In this document: one piece after another, positions 1-9,387 of the stretch
Position numbering within the stretch: position 1 is the stretch's first letter
Layout of the letters: every line of letters starts with the position of its first letter
Source of the DNA: Candidatus Latescibacterota bacterium
Lineage (GTDB): Bacteria > Latescibacterota > UBA2968 > UBA8231
NCBI GenBank assembly: GCA_965221775.1
Contig: CBDCSU010000006.1
Coordinates: 2,496,001 to 2,560,000 of the forward strand
DNA: 64,000 nt
Direction: 5' to 3'
Notes under the pieces: generated by a model
The model's database searches: none
What the model saw: the letters and a program-made list of their open reading frames with translations, nothing else
Told to the model about the DNA's origin: nothing
Program-made: the position numbers and the translations under genes

Positions 1-1590
1 CGAGGGGGCCCTGAAGCCGCGGCCGGCCGAGAGCCGGATGGCGCCCGGGGCCGCTATCCATGACAGTCCCAGCTGAGGGCTGAACTGAGCCTCCGTGTGG
101 GCCGCGATTCCGTGGCCTCCCGCCGCCGACCCGCACGGCCCGCCCGCGGGTGCGGCCTCTCCCGCGTCTCGGCGGTGCAGGTCGGCGCGCACGCCGAGGG
201 TGACCTCCAGGTCCCGGAAGGCGACCACGTTCTGGGCGTACGCGGCCGTGTTGAGGACGGTGCGCTGGCCGAGGAAGTCGGCGGGGGACCGGGCCAGGTC
301 GTAGATCCCCGTGGCCCCGACGATGACCCCGCCGGTGCCGAGCCGTTCCCCGAGGTCGACCTGCATCTCGGTGCCGATCTTGTGTCCCGCCGACGCCAGG
401 CCCCCGGCGGCCCGGGTGTTGTCGAAGTCGGTGCGGAAGTAGAACCCGCGCCAGGTCAGGTTCGTCCCCGGATTCACGAGGTGGGTCACCTCGCTGTTGA
501 GGTTGAGCTTCCAAGAGACCGTGGCCGCGCCGCGGTCCCCTTCCGGCACCAACAGCGGGGTGGCGCGGTCCTTCCACTGCAGGAAGACTCCGTAGTCGTC
601 GTGGGCCCAACTGGCCAGGCCGGTCCAGCGGGTGCGTCGGCCGAGCTGGCGGGTCCCCTTGGCGAAGAGGTTGTAGCGGATCGACTCGTTGTTCTCGCGG
701 TACCCCGTGCGGCGCTTGTGGCCCGCGGAGACGAGGTAGCCGCCCGCGGCGGTCGTGCGCGAGTGGCTGACGTCGACGCCGCCGAGGTACATGAGGTCCC
801 GCCACTCCCAGGACGGGTGCGCGGGCTGGTCGTAGAGGCCGCTCACGAGGCGGAAGCGGGTCTCGGGAAGCTCCGACGGAGAGCGGGTGAGCACGTTGAT
901 GACGCCGCCGAGGGCGCCGGTCCCGTAGAGGGCCGAGCCGGCCCCCTTTATCAGTTCCACCCGCTCCACCTCGGTGACGGGGATGGTGTCCCACTTGATG
1001 TCCGCCTGGTCGGCGGAGAGGGCGGGGACTCCGTCGAGGAGCAGGAGCACGCGGCTGCCGGTGCCGCGGCTGTACCCGCTCGATCCGCGGATGCTGACCT
1101 GACTGCCGACCTGGCTGACGCCGGGCAGATGGCGCAGAGGCCCCGACAGGGAGAAGGAGTTGAAGCCGGTCAGCTCGCGCTTGTCGGTCACCGACATGCT
1201 GATCGGCGCCTCGGAGAACAGCTGCGGCCTCCGGGTGGCCGTGACCACCACCCCCGGCAGCTCCACCGCGGACTCGTCGAGGAAGAGGACGCCGAGATCG
1301 AGGGACTCCGCCTCACCGACCTCGACGGGAACCGTGAGGGTGCGGAAGCCGACAAAGGAGACGACGAGAAACTCCTGCCCCGCCTGGACAGCGAACCGGA
1401 AGCGGCCTCCTTTCCCCGTGAGAACCCCCAGGCCGCTCTTCTTCAGGTGGACACTCGCCCCGGGCAGGGCGGTGCTGTCGCCGGCCGCCGCGATGCGGCC
1501 GCTGATCTCGGCGCCGGGCGCGGTGGCCGGGAACGCGGGCGAGAGCAGGCCGCCGGACAGCAGCACCAGGAGGAACAGACGGGCCGTCAT
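1..1590 (-). CDS. TonB-dependent outer-membrane receptor (3' end runs off the window)
   Basis: Manual translation: signal peptide MTARLFLLVLLSGG, carboxypeptidase-regulatory-like domain (VSFVGFRT), plug motifs VVVTATRR, SIRGSSG, VLLLLDGVP, VERVELIKGAGSALYGTGALGGVINV, barrel motif GRGFRAPS; frame open to position 1. Confidence 0.92.
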   Translation of the reverse strand, partial: MTARLFLLVLLSGGLLSPAFPATAPGAEISGRIAAAGDSTALPGASVHLKKSGLGVLTGKGGRFRFAVQAGQEFLVVSFVGFRTLTVPVEVGEAESLDLGVLFLDESAVELPGVVVTATRRPQLFSEAPISMSVTDKRELTGFNSFSLSGPLRHLPGVSQVGSQVSIRGSSGYSRGTGSRVLLLLDGVPALSADQADIKWDTIPVTEVERVELIKGAGSALYGTGALGGVINVLTRSPSELPETRFRLVSGLYDQPAHPSWEWRDLMYLGGVDVSHSRTTAAGGYLVSAGHKRRTGYRENNESIRYNLFAKGTRQLGRRTRWTGLASWAHDDYGVFLQWKDRATPLLVPEGDRGAATVSWKLNLNSEVTHLVNPGTNLTWRGFYFRTDFDNTRAAGGLASAGHKIGTEMQVDLGERLGTGGVIVGATGIYDLARSPADFLGQRTVLNTAAYAQNVVAFRDLEVTLGVRADLHRRDAGEAAPAGGPCGSAAGGHGIAAHTEAQFSPQLGLSWIAAPGAIRLSAGRGFRAPS

Positions 1591-2162
1591 CACTCCTGTC
1601 CCGCCTGGGCCGCCTCGATCAGGCTCTCGGGCAGCACCGCGGTGCAGGGGGTGGAGCCAAGCTCGGGCGGATCGGCGATCACGCCGAGGTCGATGGTCAG
1701 ATCGATGCCGCCGGTGACCGCGCCGGGAGTGACCTCGACCACCCCGGGAAGCGAGTCCCCCTCGACGTGGTAGCATCCGAGGAGAGAGGTGAAGTCCCAG
1801 AAGGCCTCCGGCCGCCGCCAGGCGACGATGATCCAGCGGTAGACCCCTTCTCTCTGGAGGGGCACGAAGTAGTCGTAGCGGCGGCTGCCGAGGGGGACGC
1901 CCTGGTCGGTGCCGCTGAGTCCGAAGAGGTCCGCCGGTTCCTCGGGCAGATCGCGGTAGACGGCGACCGCCACCTCGCCGATCTCCTCCGTCCACTCCCC
2001 CAGGAAGGTCACGGTGCCGGCGATGCCGGTGAGAGGCGGCTCGGCCTCGAGGCCGCGGTCGCATGCCGCCGTTGCGAGAGCGGCGATCACCGCCGCGGCT
2101 GCCAGGGCCCGCGAGCGGTTGGCCCGCGGGTCTTGTCGACAGGGTGTCCTCGCCGTCTCCAT
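1590..2162 (-). CDS. Putative lipoprotein co-transcribed with the TonB receptor
   Basis: RBS AGGGAG before ATG 2162; lipobox-like ALATAAC; stop overlaps the receptor ATG (TGATG). Confidence 0.7.
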   Translation of the reverse strand: METARTPCRQDPRANRSRALAAAAVIAALATAACDRGLEAEPPLTGIAGTVTFLGEWTEEIGEVAVAVYRDLPEEPADLFGLSGTDQGVPLGSRRYDYFVPLQREGVYRWIIVAWRRPEAFWDFTSLLGCYHVEGDSLPGVVEVTPGAVTGGIDLTIDLGVIADPPELGSTPCTAVLPESLIEAAQAGQE

Positions 2163-2301
2163 GGCTCCCTCTACGGAGTCACCATCTGGTGAGGGGGGAA
2201 GTAGTGCTCCAGTCGCCAAGCGGGAAGATAGCCCGAAGAAAGCTCCGTCTGCTACCGCGGTTGCAGGACTGTGCGGTTGTTCCCGCGGCGAGGAAGATCC
2301 C

Positions 2302-2843
2302 ATGGCTGCGAATGATGTACGAGGATGCCTGGATGGATGCCGAGGCGCGCATGCCTGGCCGCGGCTGACCACCGATCGCCTGGTCCTCCGCGCTTTCGAC
2401 TGGCCGGAGACCGTGACGTGGCCGCCACGACCAACGTGCCCCACCCGTACGAGGACGGCATGGCCGAGGAGTGGATCGGCGGCCACGAGGCCGCCTTCCA
2501 GAAGGGGTCGGAGATCGTATTCGCCATCACCCTGAGATCGGGGGGGCTCGCCGGCGCCATCGGCCTGAGTATCAACGGGAAGCATCGCCGGGGAGAGCTG
2601 GGGTACTGGATCGGCAAGCTCTTCTGGAACAACGGTTACTGCACCGAGGCCGTGGGCGCGGTGGTCCGCTACGGCTTCGAGGAGCGGGGCCTGAACCGGA
2701 TCGAGGCGCGTCACATGACGACCAACCCCGCCTCCGGCCGGGTCATGGCGAAGGCGGGAATGAAGTTGGAGGGAGTTCCCTTCGAGGACATGGCGATCTA
2801 CGCGATCCTCGCCTCCGATCTCGACCCGCCCCTGAACAGTTGA
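2302..2843 (+). pseudogene. RimJ/RimL-family GNAT acetyltransferase, frameshifted
   Basis: PRLTTDRLVLRAF is in one frame and RLAGDRDVAATTNVPHPYEDGMAEEWI...ELGYWIG...NPASGRVMAKAGM is in another; junction near 2395-2400. Confidence 0.75.
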
Positions 2844-2880
2844 CGCTTCGGGACATGGGGGGCTACCCTTCCCCGCCGCC

Positions 2881-4416
2881 ATGCGGCGTCCCTCGCGCCC
2901 CCCGTCGATGGCCGGTGGGGCCCTCCTTCTCACGATCGTGCTCGCGGGAGCCTGCACCCCGGAGCCGGAACCCGGCCCGAGCCCGGGGGCGCCGCCTGTT
3001 CCGGCCTCCGAAACGGCGATGACCTGGCCCGATCCCGACTCGGCCGTGGCTTGGCAGTCCTGGGGGCACGCGGCCTTCGACAGTGCCCGCAGCCGCGACG
3101 TGCCGGTCCTGCTCTACGTCTCCGGCCCCGGCTGCGGCGGCCTCTTCGCCGGTGACGAGGGGGTGGCCGCCTGGAACGCGGAGACGCGCTTTCTGCCCGT
3201 GCGCATCGATCCCGAGAGACAGCCTCACGTGGCGCGCCGCTACGCGCCGGCGGGATGCCCGTCGATCAGCGTCCTCGACTCCTCCGGGAGGGAGGTCGTG
3301 CGCGCCACCGACATTCCCGCGGACAACGTGACCCGGCTGCTGACGCGCATCCATCACCACCAAAGCCAGGATCCCTCCCGCCTGCGGGTGCCGCCGCCGC
3401 CGGCCGCCGGCCGCCGCCACCGGCTCTCGGCGAAGAGCGTCCATGCCGCCGTGGTCTCCGACTACGACGAGCGCTTCGGCGGCTTCGGCGGAGCCCACAA
3501 GTTCCCCGAGCCGCAGGTGATCGCTTTCCTCCAGGCGTGGGAGAGCCGCAGGGCCGATCCCGAGGCCGGGCGGATGGCGCGCCACACCCTCGACGCGCTG
3601 CTGGCCAGCCCCCTGTGGATCCCGCGGGGTGTCCTGAGCTACTCCCACACGCCCGACTGGACGACGCCGCGCCGGGAGATGAGCGGCGCCGCGCAGGCCG
3701 GCCTGCTGAGGGTGCTGGCCGCCTCCGACTCCTCCGCCCACCGCCAGGCGGCCGGGACCCTGTTCGAGATCCTGCGGCGGGACTGGTACAACGAGGAGCG
3801 GGGCGTCTTCCGCACGCGGCGGCTGCGCGCCTCCGACGGCCGGTGGTGGTCGGATCCCACGGTCTACAGCGGCGACAACCTGCTGCTGATCCGCGCCCTC
3901 CTGGGCACCGGAGCCGCCCTCGGCCGGGAGACCGCCGCGCGGGAGATGGCGGCAGCCGCCGCCGGCTTTCTGCTGCGGGAATGCCTGGACGCCGACGGCA
4001 GGGTCCGCCGCGACGACGGCCCGGAGGCCGCCGCGGGTCTGCTGAGCGACCAGATGCTGGCCTCCCTCGCCTTCGGTGATCTGGCCCGCCACGGCGGCCG
4101 CGACGACTTTGCCGATGCCGCGCGGAAGGCCCTCGAGTGGGCGGACCGTCACTTGTGGGTCGAGGCCGTCGGCGCCTACGTCGACGCCCCCGACCCGGAC
4201 GCACCCGGGGCCTGGCCGCGGCGGTATGCCCTCGACGACGACGGCCGGCGGCCGGCGGGACAGGCCCTGGCCGTCGAGGCGCTGCTGGCCGCCGGAGAGG
4301 CCGACCGCGCCCGGAGGATCCTGGAGGGCCTCCGCTACCCGGTTCCGCCGGCGCGGCCCCAGGCGTCGATGGCCACCCAGCTGCTGAGTCTCGAGGACGG
4401 GGCGGAGCCGCGATGA
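2881..4416 (+). CDS. YyaL/SSP411-like (DUF255 thioredoxin plus helical barrel) protein, probable lipoprotein
   Basis: VAWQSWGHAAFDSARSRDVPVLL, FLPVRIDPERQPHV, YDERFGGFGGAHKFPEP motifs; lipobox VLAGAC. Confidence 0.75.
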   Translation: MRRPSRPPSMAGGALLLTIVLAGACTPEPEPGPSPGAPPVPASETAMTWPDPDSAVAWQSWGHAAFDSARSRDVPVLLYVSGPGCGGLFAGDEGVAAWNAETRFLPVRIDPERQPHVARRYAPAGCPSISVLDSSGREVVRATDIPADNVTRLLTRIHHHQSQDPSRLRVPPPPAAGRRHRLSAKSVHAAVVSDYDERFGGFGGAHKFPEPQVIAFLQAWESRRADPEAGRMARHTLDALLASPLWIPRGVLSYSHTPDWTTPRREMSGAAQAGLLRVLAASDSSAHRQAAGTLFEILRRDWYNEERGVFRTRRLRASDGRWWSDPTVYSGDNLLLIRALLGTGAALGRETAAREMAAAAAGFLLRECLDADGRVRRDDGPEAAAGLLSDQMLASLAFGDLARHGGRDDFADAARKALEWADRHLWVEAVGAYVDAPDPDAPGAWPRRYALDDDGRRPAGQALAVEALLAAGEADRARRILEGLRYPVPPARPQASMATQLLSLEDGAEPR

Positions 4417-5345
4417 AGCTGCTGGTCACCGGCGCCCACGGGCTGCTGGGACGCACCCTGCTGGAGACCGACTGGGGGGCCGACGCGGAACTCGTGGGCT
4501 GCGGCCGGCGTCCCGGTGCCGTGGGCGGACGCGAGTGCCGGGTCGTCGACCTGACCGAGCCGGGCGCCGTCGGCGAGTTGATCTCCCGGGAACGGCCGGA
4601 CCGGGTCATCCACACGGCGGCGGAGACCAACGTCGATCTGTGCGAGACCGAGCCGGCGCCGGCGCGGCGGATCAACGTCGACGCCGTGGCCAACCTCGTG
4701 GCCGCCTGCGCCGCCTCGGGCTGCGGCGTGGTGCAGCTGTCGACGGACTACGTCTTCGACGGCGCCGCGGGACCCTACTCCGAAGAGGACGAGACCCATC
4801 CCCTGTCGCACTACGGGCGCATGAAGTTGGAGAGCGAGGCCCTCGTCCTCGAAGGGGGCGGCCCCGGCCTGGTGCTGCGTACCTTGTGGCTCTACGGCCA
4901 CCGCAGCGGGGCGCGGCCGAACCTGGTCACCTGGCCGCTGGCGGCCCTGGCCCGCGGCGAGACGGTGCGCGTCGCCGCCGACCAGTGGGGCAACCCGACG
5001 CCGGTGGCCGACCTCGCCCGGTCCGCGGTCGAGTTGTGCCGCCGCGGCGCCGCCGGGTGCTTTCACGTGGGGGGCGCCTCGTTCATGACCCGGGAGGAGC
5101 TGGTGCGCCGCGCCGCGGCTTTCTTCGGGCTGGACTGCGGCCGGTTGGAGACGGTGACCACCGCCGAGGCCGGGCAGGCGGCGGCTCGGCCGCTGCGCTC
5201 CGGCCTGCGCACGGACCGGCTCGAGAGCGAGCTCGGCTGGGCCCCGGCCGACCTGGAGTCGGGGATGGAACAGATGGCCTCCGAAGAAGCCTTCCGCCGC
5301 GACTTCGCGGATCTCGTCGGCCTTGGGAAGATGCGCCGCAGGTGA
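4413..5345 (+). CDS. rfbD: dTDP-4-dehydrorhamnose reductase (RmlD family)
   Basis: MKLLVTGAHGLLG, HTAAETNVDLCE, LSTDYVFDG, YGRMK, DQWGNPT; ATGA coupling. Confidence 0.88.
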   Translation: MKLLVTGAHGLLGRTLLETDWGADAELVGCGRRPGAVGGRECRVVDLTEPGAVGELISRERPDRVIHTAAETNVDLCETEPAPARRINVDAVANLVAACAASGCGVVQLSTDYVFDGAAGPYSEEDETHPLSHYGRMKLESEALVLEGGGPGLVLRTLWLYGHRSGARPNLVTWPLAALARGETVRVAADQWGNPTPVADLARSAVELCRRGAAGCFHVGGASFMTREELVRRAAAFFGLDCGRLETVTTAEAGQAAARPLRSGLRTDRLESELGWAPADLESGMEQMASEEAFRRDFADLVGLGKMRRR

Positions 5346-6061
5346 ACGACCGACTCTCCATCTCCCTCGTGGCTCCGACCTACAACGAGCGCCAGAACGT
5401 CGTCCTCCTGGCCGAGGAGATCTTCGGCCTCCTCGGCGGCTGCGACGACATCGACCTGGAGCTGATCATCGTCGACGACAACTCGCCCGACGGCACGGGG
5501 CAGGCCGCCGAGGAGCTGACGCAGCGGTTCCCGGTGCGGGTCGTGCACCGCCCGGGCAAGCTCGGCCTCGGCTCGGCGGTGATGGAGGGATGGCGCCACT
5601 CCGAGCGCCCCTGTCTCGGCGTCATCGACGCCGACCTGAGCCACGACCCGGCGATCCTCGCCGATCTCGTGCGCGGCCTGCGCGCCCACGACCTGATGAT
5701 CGGCAGCCGCTTCGGCGAGACCAGCCGCGTCATGAAGTGGGCCCTGCACCGCAAGATGATCTCCTTCCTCGGCGTCGGCATGGCGCGGCTCATCACCGGG
5801 GCCGAGGACCCGCTCTCGGGGTACTTCTGCCTGCGGCGGGAGGTGCTGGGAGAGATGCGGCTGACCTCCGGCGGCTACAAGATCCTCTTCGAGATCCTGG
5901 TGAAGGGCCGTTACCGCTCCCACCGCTCCATCCCCTACGTCTTCCGCAACCGCCAGTTCAGCGCCAGCAAGCTCGACTGGCGGGAGTACCTGCTCTTCGC
6001 CAAGCAGGTCCTGGTCTTCGGGTGGCGGCGCCTCCTCCGACGCCGCCGCGGCTCCCCGTGA
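5342..6061 (+). CDS. GT2 polyprenol-monophosphomannose synthase-like glycosyltransferase
   Basis: PTYNERQN, IIVDDNSPDGT, IDADLSHDP, DPLSGYF, SKL motifs; GTGA coupling. Confidence 0.88.
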   Translation: MNDRLSISLVAPTYNERQNVVLLAEEIFGLLGGCDDIDLELIIVDDNSPDGTGQAAEELTQRFPVRVVHRPGKLGLGSAVMEGWRHSERPCLGVIDADLSHDPAILADLVRGLRAHDLMIGSRFGETSRVMKWALHRKMISFLGVGMARLITGAEDPLSGYFCLRREVLGEMRLTSGGYKILFEILVKGRYRSHRSIPYVFRNRQFSASKLDWREYLLFAKQVLVFGWRRLLRRRRGSP

Positions 6062-7791
6062 CGGCCGCCGAACCGACTGGCGGCGCGGGCTCCGCCCTCG
6101 GCGGCTCCGCCGCCGAGGTGGACCTGAGCGTCGTCATCCCCAGCTACAACACGCGGGAGCTGATGGAGCAGGCCCTGCGCACGGTGGACGAGGCCAGCGA
6201 GGGTCTGCGGGTACAGGTGATCGTCGTCGACAACGCCTCCCGCGACGGGAGCCAGGAGATGGTGGAGGCCGGGTTCCCCCACGTGGAGCTGATCCGCAAC
6301 GACCGCAACCTCGGCTTCGGCGGCGCCAACAACATCGCCTTCGAGCGCGTGAAGGGGCGGCACGTCCTGCTCCTCAACTCCGACACCATCGTCGGCGCCG
6401 ACACCCTGCGCACCCTGGTGGAGTTCATGGACGAGCACCCCGAGGCCGGCGCCGCGGGCTGCAGGATCCTCAACCCCGACGGCAGCCTGCAGCTCGACTG
6501 CCGGCGCGGCTTCCCGACGCCGTCGGCGGCGTTCTACAAGCTCACCGGCCTGAGCCGCCTGTTCCCGCGGAGCCGCCGCTTCGCGCGTTACAACCTCACC
6601 TACCTCGACCCGGAGGAGACGAGCGAGGTCGACGCCCTGTCGGGTTCGTGCATGATCGTGCGGGGCCGCGTCCTGGAGGAAGTGGGGGGCTTCGACGAGG
6701 ACTACTTCATGTACGGAGAAGACCTCGACTGGTGTTTCCGCATGGGCCAGGCGGGATGGAAGATCTACTACGTGCCGGCGACGCAGATCATCCACTTCGG
6801 GGGAGCGAGCGGGCGCGCCGAGTCGATGCGCATCCAGTTCCGCAAGAGCTCGGCCATGTCGACCTTCGTCAGCAAGCACATGCGGGACCGCTACCGGTTC
6901 TTCCCGGTGTGGGCGCTGCACGCCGGCATTCTCGCCTACGGGCTCTACTCCTTCCTCGGCCACCTGGCGCGCACCCTTGCTCTGCCGGTGCTCGACGGGC
7001 TGCTCTTCCTCCTCTCCGTGCGCCTGGCCCTGCTGGTCCGCTACCACGCCGACCTGCTGCCCCTGATCGCCGCCCTGGAACGCGTCTGCCGGGGCCTCGG
7101 CCTCGACGTGAACCCCACCAAGTGGGTGGCCCCGCCGGACTACAGCGACTTCCAGTGGCTCCTGGTCTACGTCGTGCCGGTGGCGATCTGGTCGGCCTGT
7201 TTCTTCGCTCTCGGCCTCTACGACCGGCGCCGCTACGCGCCGGGGGTGGCGGCCCTGGCGGTGACCCTGGGATTCGCGGCGGTGGTGACGACGGCCTTCT
7301 TCTTCAAGGAGTACAACTTCTCGCGCCTGGCCGCCGGTGCCTCCTGGGCCTGCAGCCTGGCGCTGGCCGCGGGCTGGCGCCTCGGGGCCCGGTGGCTGAC
7401 CCGTTCCACCTCCGGCCGCAGGCTCGGGCGGCGGCGGCTGCTCATGGCCGGCACCGACGCCGCTCTGCGCGAGTTCGTGGAGTTCGTTCAGGCCCGGGGC
7501 GGGCTCGACTGCCAGATCGTCGGCTTCGCCGGAAGCAGCCAGGAGCGGGGCCGGGTCGTGTCGGGGGCTCCGGTCCTGGGGGTGCTGGAGGAGCTGAGCG
7601 GGCTGGTGCAGGAGTACGACGTGGACGAGGTCCTGTTCTCCGCCGATACGGTCACCGACGGCCTGGGCCACGTGCGCGGCCGCTGGCGGCGCTCCCCGCG
7701 CCGGCGGCTGGTGCCGGGCGGCCTCGCCGGCCTCGACCTGGCGCCGGAGTCGGTGGACGACCTGCCCCTGGTCGACATCCACTCCGGCTGA
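6058..7791 (+). CDS. GT2 (WbbL-like) glycosyltransferase fused to a membrane domain and a CoA-binding-like Rossmann domain
   Basis: VVIPSYNT, VVDNASRDGS, NLGFGGANN, LLNSDT, GFDEDYFMYGEDLDWC; C-terminal TM helices with GLYD and FSRL, then LLMAG...VPVLG-like segment. Confidence 0.85.
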   Translation: MTAAEPTGGAGSALGGSAAEVDLSVVIPSYNTRELMEQALRTVDEASEGLRVQVIVVDNASRDGSQEMVEAGFPHVELIRNDRNLGFGGANNIAFERVKGRHVLLLNSDTIVGADTLRTLVEFMDEHPEAGAAGCRILNPDGSLQLDCRRGFPTPSAAFYKLTGLSRLFPRSRRFARYNLTYLDPEETSEVDALSGSCMIVRGRVLEEVGGFDEDYFMYGEDLDWCFRMGQAGWKIYYVPATQIIHFGGASGRAESMRIQFRKSSAMSTFVSKHMRDRYRFFPVWALHAGILAYGLYSFLGHLARTLALPVLDGLLFLLSVRLALLVRYHADLLPLIAALERVCRGLGLDVNPTKWVAPPDYSDFQWLLVYVVPVAIWSACFFALGLYDRRRYAPGVAALAVTLGFAAVVTTAFFFKEYNFSRLAAGASWACSLALAAGWRLGARWLTRSTSGRRLGRRRLLMAGTDAALREFVEFVQARGGLDCQIVGFAGSSQERGRVVSGAPVLGVLEELSGLVQEYDVDEVLFSADTVTDGLGHVRGRWRRSPRRRLVPGGLAGLDLAPESVDDLPLVDIHSG

Positions 7792-7829
7792 GCTTGATGG
7801 CCGCCCCCGCGGGGGCGTACCTTCACGGC

Positions 7830-8534
7830 ATGACAGAACACGTACTGGCGGGCGGGCGCACGATCTCCCTGCCCATGAGCAAGGCCCTGGAGATCAGCCT
7901 GCGGAGCCTGAAGATCCGCTTCGGCCGCTCCCTGATCACCACCAGCGGCATCATCCTGGCCATCGCCTTCCTGATGTCCGTGTGGAGCAACAACGAGATC
8001 ATCGGCAGCCTGCGGGCGGCCAATAAAAGCGACATCAACCTGCTGCTGCAGAAGAACGGCATCGAGACGCTGTCCTCCGAAGGCGAGGCCGCCGCCTCGG
8101 CCGACGCCATGGCCCGCCTCGAGGAGGAGCGCTCCAAGCAGACCTGGCTCATCAGCCTGTCCCTGCTGGTCTGCGTCGTCGGCATCGCCAACGCCATGCT
8201 CATGTCGGTGACCGAGCGCTTCCGCGAGATCGGCACCATGAAGTGCCTCGGCGCCCTCGACTCCTTCATCATCAAGCTCTTCCTCCTCGAATCGACCTTC
8301 CAGGGGGCGGCGGGCACGGTGGTGGGCATCGTCCTCGGTCTGTTGATGACCCTGGCCCTGGCCCTGCTCGACTACGGCATGTTCGTCATCGACTACTTCC
8401 CCATTGCGGGCATCCTCCAATCGGCCCTGGCGGCGATCGTCTCCGGCACCTTGCTGTCCCTCGTGGGCGCCATGCTCCCGGCGTACAAGGCGGCCAAGAT
8501 GGAGCCCGTCGAAGCGATGCGCTCCGACACCTGA
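7830..8534 (+). CDS. Short FtsX/MacB-type ABC permease
   Basis: GIANAMLMSVTERFREIGTMKCLGA and PAYKAAKMEPVEAMR; alternative start 7797. Confidence 0.88.
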   Translation: MTEHVLAGGRTISLPMSKALEISLRSLKIRFGRSLITTSGIILAIAFLMSVWSNNEIIGSLRAANKSDINLLLQKNGIETLSSEGEAAASADAMARLEEERSKQTWLISLSLLVCVVGIANAMLMSVTERFREIGTMKCLGALDSFIIKLFLLESTFQGAAGTVVGIVLGLLMTLALALLDYGMFVIDYFPIAGILQSALAAIVSGTLLSLVGAMLPAYKAAKMEPVEAMRSDT

Positions 8535-8550
8535 GGAAAGGCGGCTGACC

Positions 8551-9348
8551 ATGACAGAGACGACGGAAGCACCGGCTGCGGCCACCGCCGGGGAGCGCAA
8601 CGGCGCCGAGGACGAACAGCGCACGGTGGTGCGCACCCAGCAGGTCAAGAAGGTCTACCAGATGGGCGAGATCGAGGTCCACGCCCTGCGCGGGGTCGAC
8701 CTCGAGATCTACGCCGGCGAGTACCTGTCGATCATGGGCCCCTCCGGCTCCGGCAAGAGCACCTTCTTCAACATGGTGGGCGGCCTCGACAAGCCGACGG
8801 AGGGCAAGGTCTACATCGACGAGGTCGACGTGGCCCAGCTCGACGCCTACGAGCTGGCGTGGCTGAGGTGCCGCAAGATCGGCTACATCTTCCAGTCCTT
8901 CAATCTGATCCCGGTGATGACCGCCCTCGAGAACGTGACCCTGCCCATGGTCTTCGCCGGGCTCACGAGCGACGAGTCCCGCGACAAGGGGATGGACCTG
9001 CTCGGCAAGGTCGGTCTCGGCGAGCGCCACTCCCACAAGCCCTTCGAGTTGTCCGGCGGCCAGCAGCAGCGGGTCGCCGTGGCCCGGGCCCTGGCCAACG
9101 ACCCGGCGGTGGTCCTGGCCGACGAGCCGACGGCCAACCTCGACCTGCGCACGGGCACCGAGATCATCGAGCTGCTGCGCAGCATGAACGAGAGCTTCGG
9201 CGTCACCGTCATCTCGGCGACCCACGACCACAAGATGCTCAGCGTCTCCGACCGCGTGGTGCGGGTCAGCGACGGCCAGGTCGAGCGCATTCAGCTGCGC
9301 GAGGATCTCGAGATCGAGACCGTCGCCGTCGGCGACGAGGAGACCTGA
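8551..9348 (+). CDS. ABC transporter ATP-binding protein (LolD/MacB-like)
   Basis: GPSGSGKST, LSGGQQQRVAVARAL, LADEPTANLD, THD; RBS AGGAAAGG. Confidence 0.93.
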   Translation: MTETTEAPAAATAGERNGAEDEQRTVVRTQQVKKVYQMGEIEVHALRGVDLEIYAGEYLSIMGPSGSGKSTFFNMVGGLDKPTEGKVYIDEVDVAQLDAYELAWLRCRKIGYIFQSFNLIPVMTALENVTLPMVFAGLTSDESRDKGMDLLGKVGLGERHSHKPFELSGGQQQRVAVARALANDPAVVLADEPTANLDLRTGTEIIELLRSMNESFGVTVISATHDHKMLSVSDRVVRVSDGQVERIQLREDLEIETVAVGDEET

Positions 9349-9387
9349 GTCCCCCGGGAGAGGCTCCCTCGCCCGACCCCCGCTCCT

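Noticed and set aside
97-1773. Long plus-strand ORF, and similar ones such as 13494-16526, 17737-19962, 31476-33590 and 47254-49650
   Set aside because: Antisense or off-frame shadows of motif-bearing genes; stop-poor frames are expected at this GC content
2163-2300. Possible cobalamin riboswitch upstream of the lipoprotein/TonB receptor operon
   Set aside because: No B12-box or other conserved aptamer elements recognised
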